A stretch of 64,000 bases of DNA from an uncultured Synergistia bacterium (GCA_964425005.1 CAYRKT010000001.1:13644-77643); one strand, 5' to 3'. Numbered from the stretch's first letter, positions 33,260 through 45,193 are shown. The notes: a model not told the origin generated them from the letters alone. Translations and numbers: made by a program.

Positions 33260-34252
33260 TTGGGAGGCGAGGTCATGGAGGCGCTTATCGCCAGGGCTTT
33301 GGGCGGCGACGTTCGCGCCATAGCGAAGCTGATATCGTTGGTGGAGAACGAATCCTCCTACACCGACACCATAATGAAGGCCATATATCCAAGGAGCGGT
33401 AGAGCGCACGTGGTTGGCGTCACGGGGAGCCCTGGCGCTGGCAAGAGCACTCTGGTGGATAAGCTGGTCCTAACCCTGCGGGATAAGGGGTTGAAGGTGG
33501 GAGTCGTAGCGGTCGACCCATCCAGCCCCTTCACCGGCGGGGCCATCCTCGGCGACAGGCTCAGGATGCAAAGACATTCCACCGATCCCAACGTGTTCAT
33601 AAGGAGCATGGGGACGAGGGGCAGCCTCGGGGGTATAGCCAGGGCTACCTTCGAGGCTGCCCTCATACTCGACGCTTGCGGCTACGACGTGGTCTTCATC
33701 GAGACCGTGGGGGTAGGGCAGTCGGAGGTGGACATCGTTCGGGTCTCCGACACGGTCTGCCTGGTGCTGGTGCCGGGCATGGGCGACAGCATACAGCTGA
33801 TGAAGGCCGGGATAATGGAGATAGCCGACATCTTCGTGGTCAACAAGGCGGACAGGGAAGGGGTCAATCGGCTCGTAACAGAGGTCGAGATGGTGCTCGA
33901 CATGAGCATCCCCAAAGAGGCCGCCTGGAGACCGCCTGTGCACAAGACCGTGGCTGAGACTGGCGAGGGGGTCGCAGAGTTAGCAGAGAGCCTTAAAGCG
34001 CATCGAAACTTCATCAAGAGCAGCTCGAGCGGTCGCGACAGGGCGTACAGGCGACTGGAGTGGGAGGTAGAGGAGATCCTCCGCAGGGAGATCGCCAAGG
34101 TGGTGGAGGACAGGCTGAGAGAGGTCCTCTCCGATCCTGCGGTGCTGGAGGACCTCTACGCCAGAAGGAGGGATCCCTACACCCTGGCGGGAGAGATCCT
34201 CTGCGAGATATTCAACTCCAACTCTGAGAACTGCGGGAGGGATAAAAGGTGA
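33260..34252 (+). CDS. meaB: Methylmalonyl-CoA mutase-associated GTPase MeaB/ArgK
   Basis: P-loop (GSPGAGKST) and G3E family motifs. Confidence 0.9.
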   Translation: MGGEVMEALIARALGGDVRAIAKLISLVENESSYTDTIMKAIYPRSGRAHVVGVTGSPGAGKSTLVDKLVLTLRDKGLKVGVVAVDPSSPFTGGAILGDRLRMQRHSTDPNVFIRSMGTRGSLGGIARATFEAALILDACGYDVVFIETVGVGQSEVDIVRVSDTVCLVLVPGMGDSIQLMKAGIMEIADIFVVNKADREGVNRLVTEVEMVLDMSIPKEAAWRPPVHKTVAETGEGVAELAESLKAHRNFIKSSSSGRDRAYRRLEWEVEEILRREIAKVVEDRLREVLSDPAVLEDLYARRRDPYTLAGEILCEIFNSNSENCGRDKR

Positions 34253-34662
34253 AGGTGTTGAAGGTGGATCACATAGGCATAGCTGTCACGAACTTGGACG
34301 AGGCGCTAAAGCTCTACTCCGAGGCCCTGGGGATAAAGAGCGCGGGCGTTGAGGTCGTGGAGGAGCAGAAGGTCAAGGTGGCGTTCCTGCCGGTAGGGGA
34401 TTCCGAGATAGAGCTCCTGGAGGCCACTGCTCCCGACAGCGCGGTGGCGAAGTTCATAGAGTCCAACGGAGGCAAGGGCGGCATCCACCACATAGCCCTG
34501 AGGGTGGACGACATAAATCAGGCCATAGCTGAGCTCAAGGAGAAGGGGGTCAAACTCATATACGAGGAGCCCAGATACGGCGCTGGTGGGGCCAAGATAA
34601 CCTTCCTGCACCCCAAGTCCTCTGGCGGCGTGCTGCTCGAGCTATCGGAGAGGAAAGACTAG
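34249..34662 (+). CDS. Methylmalonyl-CoA epimerase (glyoxalase/VOC family)
   Basis: VOC-fold metal ligands (DHIGIAV...HHIAL...E). Located within the mutase/decarboxylase cluster. Confidence 0.8.
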   Translation: MKVLKVDHIGIAVTNLDEALKLYSEALGIKSAGVEVVEEQKVKVAFLPVGDSEIELLEATAPDSAVAKFIESNGGKGGIHHIALRVDDINQAIAELKEKGVKLIYEEPRYGAGGAKITFLHPKSSGGVLLELSERKD

Positions 34663-34682
34663 GACGAGGAGGGAACCCACAG

Positions 34683-36242
34683 ATGGCCGAGAGGACGATC
34701 GAGGAACTCTGCGGAGAGCTGCTGGCCAAGAGACAAGAGGCCAAAGCGCCAGCTGGCGAGAAGGCACTCGAGTCCCAGCGCTCGAAGGGCAAGCTGACTG
34801 CCAGGGAGAGGATAGAGCTCCTCCTGGATCCTGGCAGCTTCGTGGAGATAGACGAGTTCGTGGAGCACCGCTGCAGCTACTTCGGCATGGACAAGAAGAC
34901 CTACCTCGGGGACGGCGTGGTGACCGGCTACGGCACCGTGGGGGGCAGGATAGTGTACGTCTTCTCACAGGACTTCTCCGTCCTCGGAGGGTCGTTGGGC
35001 GAGATGCACGCCAAGAAGATATGCAAGATAATGGACATGGCCATCAAGACCGGGGCGCCCGTGGTGGGGATCAACGACTCCGGCGGCGCCAGGATCCAGG
35101 AGGCGGTGGACTCGTTGAGCGGATACGGCCAGATCTTCTACAGGAACACGGTGGCGTCTGGGGTCATACCCCAGCTGGCCGTGATAGCCGGACCCTGCGC
35201 GGGCGGCGCCGTCTACAGCCCGGCGTTGATGGACTTCATCTTCATGGTGGACAAGATAGGGATAATGCACATCACCGGCCCCCAGGTCATAAAGGCCGTC
35301 ACCGGAGAGGACGTGACTTCCGAACAGCTCGGAGGGGCGATGACCCACAACCAGAGGTCCGGCAACGCCCACTTCTTCGCCAGGGACGAGGCCGAGTGCT
35401 TCGCCCAGGTGAGAAAGCTCTTGAGCTTCCTCCCTTCCAACAACATGGAGACGCCCCCCTTCGTGGACCTCGGCGACGATCCCGCCAGGGCGGAACTCAG
35501 CCTGAGGGAGATAGTGCCCACAAACCCGAACAAGCCGTACGACGTTAGGCACGTCCTCGCTAAAGTCCTGGACATGGGGGATTTCTTCGAGGTACAGCCC
35601 TTCTTCGCCCCCAACATAGTGGTCGGCTTCGGCAGGGTAGGGGGACACGCCATCGGCATAATAGCCAACCAGCCAGCGCACATGGCAGGTTGCCTGGACA
35701 TAGACGCCTCCGATAAAGCCAGCAGGTTCATCAGGTTCTGCGACGCCTTCAACATACCTATAGTCAATTTCGTGGACGTACCCGGTTACCTCCCTGGAAC
35801 CGCCCAGGAGTACGGGGGGATAATCAGGCACGGGGCCAAGATGCTCTACGCCTACTCGGAGGCCACCTCCCCTAAGATCACGATAATCCTGAGGAAGGCC
35901 TACGGAGGGGCCTACCTCGGCATGTGCTCGAAGGACCTCGGGGCCGACTTCGTCATGGCCTGGCCCCAGGCCGAGATCGCAGTGATGGGCGCCGAGGGTG
36001 CGGCCAACATAATCTTCAGGAAGGAGATAGAGTCGGCCGAGAACCCAGAGGAGATGAGAAGGCAGAAGATCGAGGAGTACCGCAGGAAGTTCGCCACTCC
36101 CTACGAGGCAGCCCGCAGGGGCTTCGTGGACAAGGTCATACTGCCGGAGGAGACGAGGCTCGAGCTCTACAGGGCTTTGACCCTCACCTCCACCAAGCGA
36201 GAGCAGCGGCCTCGCAGGAAGCACGGCGTCATGCCGGCTTAG
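34683..36242 (+). CDS. mmdA: Methylmalonyl-CoA decarboxylase alpha subunit (carboxyltransferase)
   Basis: Carboxyltransferase N- and C-domains homologous to propionyl-CoA carboxylase beta / MmdA. Confidence 0.85.
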   Translation: MAERTIEELCGELLAKRQEAKAPAGEKALESQRSKGKLTARERIELLLDPGSFVEIDEFVEHRCSYFGMDKKTYLGDGVVTGYGTVGGRIVYVFSQDFSVLGGSLGEMHAKKICKIMDMAIKTGAPVVGINDSGGARIQEAVDSLSGYGQIFYRNTVASGVIPQLAVIAGPCAGGAVYSPALMDFIFMVDKIGIMHITGPQVIKAVTGEDVTSEQLGGAMTHNQRSGNAHFFARDEAECFAQVRKLLSFLPSNNMETPPFVDLGDDPARAELSLREIVPTNPNKPYDVRHVLAKVLDMGDFFEVQPFFAPNIVVGFGRVGGHAIGIIANQPAHMAGCLDIDASDKASRFIRFCDAFNIPIVNFVDVPGYLPGTAQEYGGIIRHGAKMLYAYSEATSPKITIILRKAYGGAYLGMCSKDLGADFVMAWPQAEIAVMGAEGAANIIFRKEIESAENPEEMRRQKIEEYRRKFATPYEAARRGFVDKVILPEETRLELYRALTLTSTKREQRPRRKHGVMPA

Positions 36243-36243
36243 G

Positions 36244-36672
36244 TTGGGGGTATGGGAGATGGGTCATCATATCTTCGAGGGATTCGGTGGAAGCGTTCTC
36301 CTCTCCTTGATAGCCTTTTCGATAGTGTTCCTGGTCCTGGCCGGATTGTGCCTGGTGATGTACGCCATCAAGTACATAGACAAAATGGTCTCCGCTGTCT
36401 CAGCTCCCTCTCCAGCCCCTTCCCCCAGCAAGCCCGAGAGCGCCCCTCCGAAGGTAGAGGCAAGGCCTAAGACCGCGGAGAGCGCCCCAGTCCCTCCTGG
36501 GGCGAAGGAGCAGGAGGAGGAGATCGTGGCGGCCATAGCGGCTGCGATGGTCGTGGCTCAGGCGTCATACAAGATCGCTGGTCAGACCTTAGCGCCCCAG
36601 CTCAGGGTCAGCTCCTGGCGGTCCTACGGGTTCATCGAGAACCTGGAGGGGTTGGACGGCTGTCCGAACTAG
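36244..36672 (+). CDS. Na+-transporting decarboxylase small membrane subunit (OadG/MmdD-like)
   Basis: One N-terminal TM helix followed by an Ala/Pro-rich linker. Position between the alpha and biotin-carrier subunits. Confidence 0.55.
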   Translation: MGVWEMGHHIFEGFGGSVLLSLIAFSIVFLVLAGLCLVMYAIKYIDKMVSAVSAPSPAPSPSKPESAPPKVEARPKTAESAPVPPGAKEQEEEIVAAIAAAMVVAQASYKIAGQTLAPQLRVSSWRSYGFIENLEGLDGCPN

Positions 36673-36739
36673 GTCGCCGACCGGGAGAGCTCACACCCTA
36701 AGAGATCGAGGAAGCGAACTATAAGGGGGTAGTAAGAAA

Positions 36740-37162
36740 ATGGGCAGAAGGTTTAGGGTCACGGTCAACGGGAAGGTCTACGAGGTGGAAGTGGAAGAGA
36801 TGGGCTTCGGGGCACCTTCGGCCCCGGTAAATCCAGCTCCATCAGCTCCGGTGGCTCCATCTCCCGTAACAGCTTCGCCTGCTCCTGCGCCGGCCCAGGC
36901 CTCGGCTCCGGCACCCGCTCCCAAGCCCTCTCCGCAGCCGACGGTCGGCGGCTCCACGGTGTCCGCACCCATGCCCGGCAAGATCCTGAGGGTTAACGTC
37001 AGGGAGGGCGAGCAGGTCTCCGCGGGCGATCTGTTGGTGGTGCTGGAGGCCATGAAGATGGAGAACGAGATACTGGCCCCCACCTCCGGGACCGTGAAGC
37101 AGGTGTTGGTCAAGGAAGGGGATTCGGTGAACACCGGCGACGCCATGGTGGTAATAGGCTGA
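36740..37162 (+). CDS. Biotin carboxyl carrier subunit (MmdC-like)
   Basis: Ala/Pro linker and a biotinyl domain with the EAMKM motif. Confidence 0.85.
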   Translation: MGRRFRVTVNGKVYEVEVEEMGFGAPSAPVNPAPSAPVAPSPVTASPAPAPAQASAPAPAPKPSPQPTVGGSTVSAPMPGKILRVNVREGEQVSAGDLLVVLEAMKMENEILAPTSGTVKQVLVKEGDSVNTGDAMVVIG

Positions 37163-37182
37163 GGCGGGAGCGGTGATGTGAG

Positions 37183-38313
37183 ATGTTAAGCCTCTACGCG
37201 GAAGCGCTCAGGAGCGTGATAGACCAGTCAGGCTACTTAGCCCTCACGTGGGGAAACGTGGTGATGATATGCGTGGGATGCCTCCTGCTCTACCTGGCAA
37301 TAGGGAGGGGGTTTGAGCCGCTCCTGCTCGTGCCCATAGCCAGCGGCTGCATACTGGTCAACCTGCCCCTGAGCGGAATAATGGAGGACCACGGATTTCT
37401 CCACTATCTGTACTTCGGCACCAAGCACGAGATATATCCGATCCTGATCTTCCTGGGGATAGGAGCTCTGACCGACTTTGGTCCCCTAATAGCTAACCCA
37501 GTGACCTTCCTGCTGGGAGCAGCAGCCCAGCTGGGGGTCTTCATCTCCCTGATGGGGGCTGTGTTGTTGGGCTTCACCGTAAAGGAGGCAGCTGCCATAG
37601 GGATAATAGGCGGGGCTGACGGACCTACAGCCATATACCTCACGATGAAGCTAGCCCCCCACCTGCTCGGAGCCGTAGCGGTGGCGGCGTACTCCTACAT
37701 GTCCTTGGTTCCTCTAATTCAGCCTCCGGTGATAAGGCTGCTCACCACGAAGGCCGAGAGGCAGATCGTCATGACCCAACTAAGGCCGGTCTCCAGGCTC
37801 GAGAGGATCCTCTTCCCGATAGTCTCTATGATAGTGACTGGCTTGCTGTTGCCGGCTGCCGTCCCCCTGTTGGGAATACTCATGTTCGGCAATCTGCTTC
37901 GAGAGTGCGGCGTGGTGGAGAGGCTCTCCAAGACTGCCCAGAACGAGCTCATAAACGTGGTGACCATATTCTTGGGCCTCACGGTGGGCGCCACGATGGA
38001 GGCCAACACCTTCCTCACCCCCGCTACGCTGAAGATAATAGCCCTGGGCCTTGTGGCCTTCGCAGCCAGCACCGCAGGAGGGGTGCTCTTCGGCAAGGTG
38101 ATGATGGTCCTGAGCGGAGGAAGGATAAACCCGATGATAGGAGCTGCGGGAGTGTCTGCCGTTCCAATGGCAGCTAGGGTGGTCCAGCGCATAGGGCAGA
38201 GGGAGAACCCCTCCAACTTCCTGCTCATGCACGCCATGGGGCCGAACGTGGCCGGAGTTATAGGGACGGCCGTGGCCGCAGGCGTCATGCTGACGCTGTT
38301 GACCAAGTTCTGA
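37183..38313 (+). CDS. mmdB: Na+-translocating decarboxylase beta subunit (OadB/MmdB)
   Basis: OadB family polytopic membrane protein. Conserved N-terminal region. Confidence 0.9.
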   Translation: MLSLYAEALRSVIDQSGYLALTWGNVVMICVGCLLLYLAIGRGFEPLLLVPIASGCILVNLPLSGIMEDHGFLHYLYFGTKHEIYPILIFLGIGALTDFGPLIANPVTFLLGAAAQLGVFISLMGAVLLGFTVKEAAAIGIIGGADGPTAIYLTMKLAPHLLGAVAVAAYSYMSLVPLIQPPVIRLLTTKAERQIVMTQLRPVSRLERILFPIVSMIVTGLLLPAAVPLLGILMFGNLLRECGVVERLSKTAQNELINVVTIFLGLTVGATMEANTFLTPATLKIIALGLVAFAASTAGGVLFGKVMMVLSGGRINPMIGAAGVSAVPMAARVVQRIGQRENPSNFLLMHAMGPNVAGVIGTAVAAGVMLTLLTKF

Positions 38314-38345
38314 TCGACCTCAAGAGAGCTCTCGAAGTGAACCCG

Positions 38346-38376
38346 AAGGAGGGGGAGGGAGTTCCTCCCCCTCCTT
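38346..38376. terminator. 13-bp perfect GC-rich hairpin downstream of the decarboxylase operon (no U-tract)
   Basis: AAGGAGGGGGAGG-gagtt-CCTCCCCCTCCTT lies 33 nt after the mmdB stop. No poly-T follows on either strand. Confidence 0.4.
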
Positions 38377-38402
38377 AAATGGGCTTCGGGTTGTGGAGCT
38401 GA

Positions 38403-39557
<1,155 letters not shown>

Positions 39558-39569
39558 CCTCGCCTCAGG

Positions 39570-40460
39570 ATGTTGAGCAAGAGCGCTCTGGCTTTCGCCT
39601 CGTTCCTGGTCCTGAGCTTAGCGGCCACCAAGGTAGCCGTGCTGGTGGCCAGGAGATACGGAATACTGGACCTGCCGGACGAGAGGAAGGTCCATCTCTC
39701 CCCTGTCCCCAGGAACGGCGGGCTGGCGATCTACGCTTCTCTCCTCTTGGCGACTGTCTGGCAACAGAACAGGGAGTTAAGGGCTCCCTTCCTGATCGGT
39801 TCCTCCCTGATCTTCCTGGTGGGCCTGGCCGACGATCTGGTGGGCCTGAGGGCTAAAGTCAAGCTGATTTTCCAGATCCTATCGTCCCTCCTGGCGGCTG
39901 CGCCGCTGATGGACGTCGGCGTCCTCGAGTACGCTCTGGGGGCGCTGTGGTTGTTGTCCATGTCGAACGCCTACAACCTGATAGACGGCGTGGATGGGCT
40001 GTCTTTGTCCCTTTTCGCCGTGTCATCGGCGACCCTTTGGGTGACGGGCAGCTTAAACTCGGTCTTCGCCGCGTCGATGCTGGGGATGGCCGCCGGCGTC
40101 CTGTTCTACAACAAGCCCAAGGCCGCCATATTCTTGGGGGACAGCGGTAGCCTCCTCCTGGGTTTCACTATGGGTTGGACCTCCGGGATCTCGGCGCTCG
40201 GGGCAGGCGTCAGCTTCGATCGCCTGGTGTGGCTTTTGGCCTTCGGGGGCGTACCCATGCTGGACCTGGCCTTCGCGGTCGTGAGGAGGGCCGCCACAGG
40301 AAGGCACATCTTCTCCCCCGACAGAGGGCACATCCACCACAGGCTGATGGACCTGGGTCTAACCCATCCCTCCATCGTCTTAATCCTGTCCTCCGCCCAC
40401 GCGCTCCTACACGCCGCGTTGTTGATCTGGAAGAGAACGAGCTCCTGGGGTATGAGTTAG
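39570..40460 (+). CDS. Polyprenyl-phosphate N-acetylhexosamine-1-phosphate transferase (MraY/WecA family, GT4)
   Basis: Polytopic membrane protein with the NAYNLIDGVDGL motif. Confidence 0.8.
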   Translation: MLSKSALAFASFLVLSLAATKVAVLVARRYGILDLPDERKVHLSPVPRNGGLAIYASLLLATVWQQNRELRAPFLIGSSLIFLVGLADDLVGLRAKVKLIFQILSSLLAAAPLMDVGVLEYALGALWLLSMSNAYNLIDGVDGLSLSLFAVSSATLWVTGSLNSVFAASMLGMAAGVLFYNKPKAAIFLGDSGSLLLGFTMGWTSGISALGAGVSFDRLVWLLAFGGVPMLDLAFAVVRRAATGRHIFSPDRGHIHHRLMDLGLTHPSIVLILSSAHALLHAALLIWKRTSSWGMS

Positions 40461-40537
40461 GGCTGTTTCCCTAACCCCAGGAGCTCCTTCAACGCTTAGG
40501 AGATCACCGCGCCGAAAGCGAACCGCGGACGGAGAGG

Positions 40538-40708
40538 CTACTTCTTCGAACCACCTATGCTGTAGCTCTTGCTGCCCCACCTCTTGCCCTTCAGAGGCTT
40601 GCCCTCCAGGAGAAGGAGGTAGTGGCTCAGACACTTGGGGCACCTCAGGGACTCCTCCGCTTCGGTCTCGAACTCGTGCTTGCACTCGAGACACCTGAAC
40701 TTACGCAT
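40538..40708 (-). CDS. FmdB-family zinc-ribbon protein
   Basis: MRKFRCLECKHEFE...CPKCLS: CxxC-x17-CxxC in 56 aa. AAGGAGGG RBS. The start was taken at the internal Met of the 89-aa track ORF. Confidence 0.6.
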   Translation of the reverse strand: MRKFRCLECKHEFETEAEESLRCPKCLSHYLLLLEGKPLKGKRWGSKSYSIGGSKK

Positions 40709-40760
40709 ACCCCGTTCGCCCTCCTTTCCCAAGAGTTTTGAAGCTAAGAGGCGAAGCATA

Positions 40761-41585
40761 TTATACCAGAGCGAGGGGCGGAATTTGAATGGCCTCGTCT
40801 CCCCCATCGAGGGCCTCCCTCACCTCCCTCAGCAGCTCTCCCACGCCGGCTATGGGATCTGTGCCGTGGAGCGCTGACTCGTCGATCACGTTCACGAGGG
40901 CGCTTCCCAGGACCACGCCGTCCACGTGCGGCGATATGCTCCTCACCATCGACCCAGATCGCAGGCCGAAGCCCAGGAGGAGAGGGATCGGGCTCTCCCT
41001 ACGGAGGGCTGACACGACACCCTTCACCCAGGACATGGAGACCTCCTTGTGCGCGCCCGTGACGCCCAGGAAGGAGACGCAGTAGACGAAGCCGGAGGAC
41101 TCAGCCAGGATCCTGCGGGCCCTCTCCTCGGGGGTGAGGGGGGTCAACATGAGAACGGGGTCCAGACCGAGCTCCCTGCATCTGGAATAAAAGGGGCGCC
41201 CCTCGTCGAAGGGCAGGTCCGGGACGATCAGCCCTGAGAGGCCCACCTCCAGAGCCCTCTCTACGAACCTCTCCTCTCCGTAGCTGAGTATGGGGTTGTA
41301 ATAGCTCATCCCTATGAGCGGAACCCCCAATGAACTGGACAGCTCTCGCACCGTCTCGAAGAAGACTTCCATCCTGAAACCCCTATTGAGGACCGCACAG
41401 TTAGCCCTCTGGATGGTTGGGCCGTCCGCCAAGGGGTCCGAGAAGGGTATCCCAATCTCGAGCGCATCGGCCCCAGCCCTCACCGCCTCCATCATCAACC
41501 TCACGAAGAGATCGCGCTCAGGGTATCCGCAGGTCATGAAGGCCACCATCGACTTCCTGCCTCGGGGAAGATCTATGCCCCTCAA
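40761..41585 (-). CDS. trpA: Tryptophan synthase alpha chain
   Basis: TrpA family. Start overlaps the trpB stop by 4 nt. Confidence 0.9.
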   Translation of the reverse strand: MRGIDLPRGRKSMVAFMTCGYPERDLFVRLMMEAVRAGADALEIGIPFSDPLADGPTIQRANCAVLNRGFRMEVFFETVRELSSSLGVPLIGMSYYNPILSYGEERFVERALEVGLSGLIVPDLPFDEGRPFYSRCRELGLDPVLMLTPLTPEERARRILAESSGFVYCVSFLGVTGAHKEVSMSWVKGVVSALRRESPIPLLLGFGLRSGSMVRSISPHVDGVVLGSALVNVIDESALHGTDPIAGVGELLREVREALDGGDEAIQIPPLALV

Positions 41586-42793
41586 GCGAGAACACCTCCT
41601 CCTCGTATCTCCACTTGCTTCGACAACACTTCCAGGTCCTTGTCCCCTCTGCCCGAGAGGTTGACCACCAGGAGTAGATCCCTTCCGAGGGAGGCCACCT
41701 TCAAGGCCTCAGCCACCGCATGGGCGCTCTCCAGGGCTGGGACGATGCCCTCAGCTCGAGCTAAGAGCATCGCTGCGCTCAAAGCCTCCTCGTCGAAGAC
41801 CACGGAGTAGGTAGCCCTGCCGCTTCTCATCAAGAACGCGTGTTCTGGCCCCACTCCCGGGTAGTCGAGACCGGCGGAGATGGAGTGGGTGTCGAGGACT
41901 TGCCCCTCCCCGTCCTGTAGCACGTAGGTCTTGCAGCCGTGGAGGACTCCCACCCTTCCGGAGTTCAGCGACGCGGCGTTCATGCCGGGCGACATCCCCT
42001 TACCGCCCGCCTCGACCCCCACCAGCTTCACCTCGGGATGAGGTATGAACTCGTAGAAGGCCCCTATGGCGTTGCTACCCCCTCCGACGCAGGCGACCAC
42101 GAAGTCGGGCAACCTCCCCTCCAAGGCCAAGACCTGCTCCTTGATCTCGGCTCCGATGACCCTCTGGAAGTCCCTGACGATGGTGGGATATGGGTGCGGC
42201 CCGATGGCCGAACCGATCAGATAGTAAGTCGTGTCAGCGCTGGAGACCCACTCCCTTATGGCCTCGTTGGTGGCGTCCCTGAGGGTTCCAGAGCCAGAGG
42301 AGACGGGCCTGACACTGGCGCCCAGCAACTCCATCCTGAGCACGTTCATCCTCTGTCGCCTCATGTCCTCCACGCCCATGAAGATCTCGCACTCCAACCC
42401 CATCTTCGCGCACACCGTGGCCACGGCCACCCCGTGCTGCCCGGCGCCGGTCTCGGCGATGACCCTCCTCTTTCCCATCCTGACCGCTAGCAGGGCTTGA
42501 CCCACCGCGTTGTTTATCTTATGGGCACCAGTGTGGAGCAAATCCTCCCTTTTGAGGTAGATCCTGGATCCAGGATAGAGGCTCGAGAGGTTGGAGGCGA
42601 AGTAGAGGGGTGTAGGCCTACCGCAATAGCTCCTCCTCAGCTCGTCCAACTCCGCCTGGAAGCGCGGATCTTCTTTCGCCTCCAGGTACGTCCTCTCCAG
42701 TTCCTCCAGCACCGGCACCAAGGTCTCGGGCACAAACCTGCCCCCGAAATCGCCGAAGTAACCCATATCGCAGGAGCTCATCGGCCAAAGCAC
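41582..42793 (-). CDS. trpB: Tryptophan synthase beta chain
   Basis: PLP-lysine motif (HTGAHKINN). Confidence 0.95.
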   Translation of the reverse strand: MLWPMSSCDMGYFGDFGGRFVPETLVPVLEELERTYLEAKEDPRFQAELDELRRSYCGRPTPLYFASNLSSLYPGSRIYLKREDLLHTGAHKINNAVGQALLAVRMGKRRVIAETGAGQHGVAVATVCAKMGLECEIFMGVEDMRRQRMNVLRMELLGASVRPVSSGSGTLRDATNEAIREWVSSADTTYYLIGSAIGPHPYPTIVRDFQRVIGAEIKEQVLALEGRLPDFVVACVGGGSNAIGAFYEFIPHPEVKLVGVEAGGKGMSPGMNAASLNSGRVGVLHGCKTYVLQDGEGQVLDTHSISAGLDYPGVGPEHAFLMRSGRATYSVVFDEEALSAAMLLARAEGIVPALESAHAVAEALKVASLGRDLLLVVNLSGRGDKDLEVLSKQVEIRGGGVLA

Positions 42794-43422
42794 CTCCTCC
42801 GATGGAATCCACCTAGGGTTAAATTGAACCTCTCAGCGAACTCCCTCACCTTCTCGGGGTCCTTCTTGCCGGGGTAGAGCTCCACAGAGGAACATACGTC
42901 CACCGCGCAGGGCTCAAAATCCACCAGCAGGCACAGGTTCTCAGCGGTGACACCCCCCGCCACCCCGAAGGGCACCGGGCCCTCGTAGGCCTTGAGCAAG
43001 CTCCAGTCGAAGGGGGCCTTCCCGACCTTCGGGGCGTCGAAGAGGATCATGTCCGCGCCCTCCGCCGCTCTATAGGCGCCCTTTACGTCGTCTATGCCCG
43101 ACACCAAGATAGCTTTTATCGCCATAAAACCCGCCTCTTTGATGAGATTTAGGCCACCTTCTCCGTATACCTGCAAACCATCGAAAGCTCCAATCGAGAG
43201 CAGAACTTCTAGCTCTGCTTGGGATGGATCCTGGACCACAGCGAAGACCTCCATCGAAGTCCCGAATCGATCTTTTACCTCGCGGGAGATGCGATCTGCG
43301 GCCTCCAGGGTTATCCTTCTCGGGCTTGGACACAATATGAGCCCTATGGCGTCGAAGCCGACGGTCCCCGCGTGAAGGGCGTCCTCGACGCAGGTCACTC
43401 CGCAGAGCTTCAGCTCGAACAA
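42778..43422 (-). CDS. trpF: Phosphoribosylanthranilate isomerase
   Basis: TrpF TIM-barrel family ([10 protein letters not shown]...). Confidence 0.85.
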   Translation of the reverse strand: MFELKLCGVTCVEDALHAGTVGFDAIGLILCPSPRRITLEAADRISREVKDRFGTSMEVFAVVQDPSQAELEVLLSIGAFDGLQVYGEGGLNLIKEAGFMAIKAILVSGIDDVKGAYRAAEGADMILFDAPKVGKAPFDWSLLKAYEGPVPFGVAGGVTAENLCLLVDFEPCAVDVCSSVELYPGKKDPEKVREFAERFNLTLGGFHRRRCFGR

Positions 43423-44174
43423 GGGGTGTCACCTCCTAATAGGGTTTTGATCAACCCTTCGGGGTCTCGGCTCTCCATCAAAGCGCTTCCCACCAGCACG
43501 GCCCTGGCTCCCATGGATCTAGCCCTTGCCACGTCGGAGGGAGTTCTGATCCCGCTTTCGACCACCAGGAGGACCTCCTCCCCGAAAGCCCTTCTGGCGT
43601 CTTGGAGCAAGCGGAGGGCTCGTTCCAGGCTGACGGAGAGGTCCCTCATGTCCCGGCTGTTGAGCCCCACAGCCTTGGGTTTTAGCCGGACGGACTTGAG
43701 CTTCTCGAGGTCGACCTCGCTTTGAACCTCTATCAAAGGCAGCAACCCCAGTTCCTCGCACAGGGAGTTCATGTAGGAGATCCCCTCCGGCTCGAGGATC
43801 GCGCTGATCAAAAGGACCAAGTCCGCCCCGAAGTGGTAGACGTCGAACACTTGCAGAGGGCTCAGCGCGAAGTCCTTCGCCAGCACGGGAAGGTCGGTGG
43901 AGGACCTGATCGCCCTCAACAAAGCTAGACTGCCGTGGAAGAAGCGCTCCTCGACCACGACGGATATGGCGCCTGCGCCCCCTCTGCGGTACGACGCCAC
44001 TCGTTCGACTGGGTCGTCCGGATCGAAGCGTTGGGTCAAAGAGGCCAGCTTGATCTCGGCTATAAGGAAGAATTCCATCTCCATAAGTGGCCTCCACCTC
44101 GCACGCCTCGCCTCCACCCTGCGGGATATGTCCGCGCTCTTCTCGCAGATCAACTCCTCCAGGAACCCCCTCAT
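43410..44174 (-). CDS. trpC: Indole-3-glycerol phosphate synthase
   Basis: IGPS family (IAEIKLASLTQ..., LVGSALM). Confidence 0.9.
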   Translation of the reverse strand: MRGFLEELICEKSADISRRVEARRARWRPLMEMEFFLIAEIKLASLTQRFDPDDPVERVASYRRGGAGAISVVVEERFFHGSLALLRAIRSSTDLPVLAKDFALSPLQVFDVYHFGADLVLLISAILEPEGISYMNSLCEELGLLPLIEVQSEVDLEKLKSVRLKPKAVGLNSRDMRDLSVSLERALRLLQDARRAFGEEVLLVVESGIRTPSDVARARSMGARAVLVGSALMESRDPEGLIKTLLGGDTPCSS

Positions 44175-45193
44175 CTTCCCAACCTCCCGCTGAAGGAGAG
44201 GAAATCGGAAAGCTTTCGCATGGCCAGCCCGCTGTCCAACACCTCGGCCGCTATGGCCGTTCCCTCCACGAAATCCCCTGCCAGACCGGCGAGGACCATG
44301 AGGGCGGAGGCGTTGGCCAGGATCAGATCCCTCATTGGGCCTCCTCTGCCCTCGAACACGCTCACGATGTGTCTGGCGTTCTCCTCCGGGCTCCCCCCCT
44401 GCACGTCGGAGAGCGAACAGTTCCTGAGGCCGAAATCCCTCGCCTCTAGGACCAAGCGCTCCTCTTTATCCCCCTCCACGATCAGAACCAGGTTGGAGTC
44501 CCAAAGGGATATCTCGTCGATCCCGCCTCCGTGTACCACCATGAACCTCCTCCTCCCTAGCTCCTTCAGCGCCTTGGCGATCGGCTCCACCAGACGAGGC
44601 TCCGATACCCCCACGAGCTGGTAGATCGGTCGAGCCGGGTTGACCAGGGGACCCAACAGGTTGAACATGGTCCTGAACCTCAACCTCCTCCTAAGGTCGG
44701 AGACCCTTCCCAGGGCGGGGTGGTAGAGGGGGGCGAACACGAACCCAAATCCGACGCTGGAGACGCACTCCGAAAGCTCCTCAGGGGACATCTCCAGGCG
44801 TGCCCCGAGGCTTAACAGGAGTTCTGCGCTGCCGCAGCGACTCGAGACGGCCTTGTTGCCGTGTTTGATCACCTTTATCCCAGCAGCAGCCCCCACCAGG
44901 GCCACAGCGGTGGAGACGTTTATAGTCCCCTTCCTATCTCCTCCGGTGCCGCAGGTGTCGAAGGCTTCCTCCAAACCCTTCAGCGGCACGCACCTGGAGA
45001 GCAAGGCTCTGGCACCGCCGATCAGCTCCTCCACCTCCTCGCCCCTGAGCCTCATGGAGGCCAAGACGGCGCCGGCGAGAGCCTCGTCCAGCCCTCCCTC
45101 CAGGATCTCGCCGATCAACTCTTCGGACTCCTCCCTCGAGAGGGGGTTTCCCTCCACGACCTTCAAGGCTATCTCTAAGGCGAGCCCTTTCAT
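44171..45193 (-). CDS. trpD: Anthranilate phosphoribosyltransferase
   Basis: GTGGD motif and TrpD fold. Confidence 0.9.
   Translation of the reverse strand: MKGLALEIALKVVEGNPLSREESEELIGEILEGGLDEALAGAVLASMRLRGEEVEELIGGARALLSRCVPLKGLEEAFDTCGTGGDRKGTINVSTAVALVGAAAGIKVIKHGNKAVSSRCGSAELLLSLGARLEMSPEELSECVSSVGFGFVFAPLYHPALGRVSDLRRRLRFRTMFNLLGPLVNPARPIYQLVGVSEPRLVEPIAKALKELGRRRFMVVHGGGIDEISLWDSNLVLIVEGDKEERLVLEARDFGLRNCSLSDVQGGSPEENARHIVSVFEGRGGPMRDLILANASALMVLAGLAGDFVEGTAIAAEVLDSGLAMRKLSDFLSFSGRLGR

Noticed and set aside
34965-36224. 419-aa minus-strand ORF inside the decarboxylase alpha-subunit gene
   Set aside because: Antisense to a conserved carboxyltransferase. Compositionally atypical.
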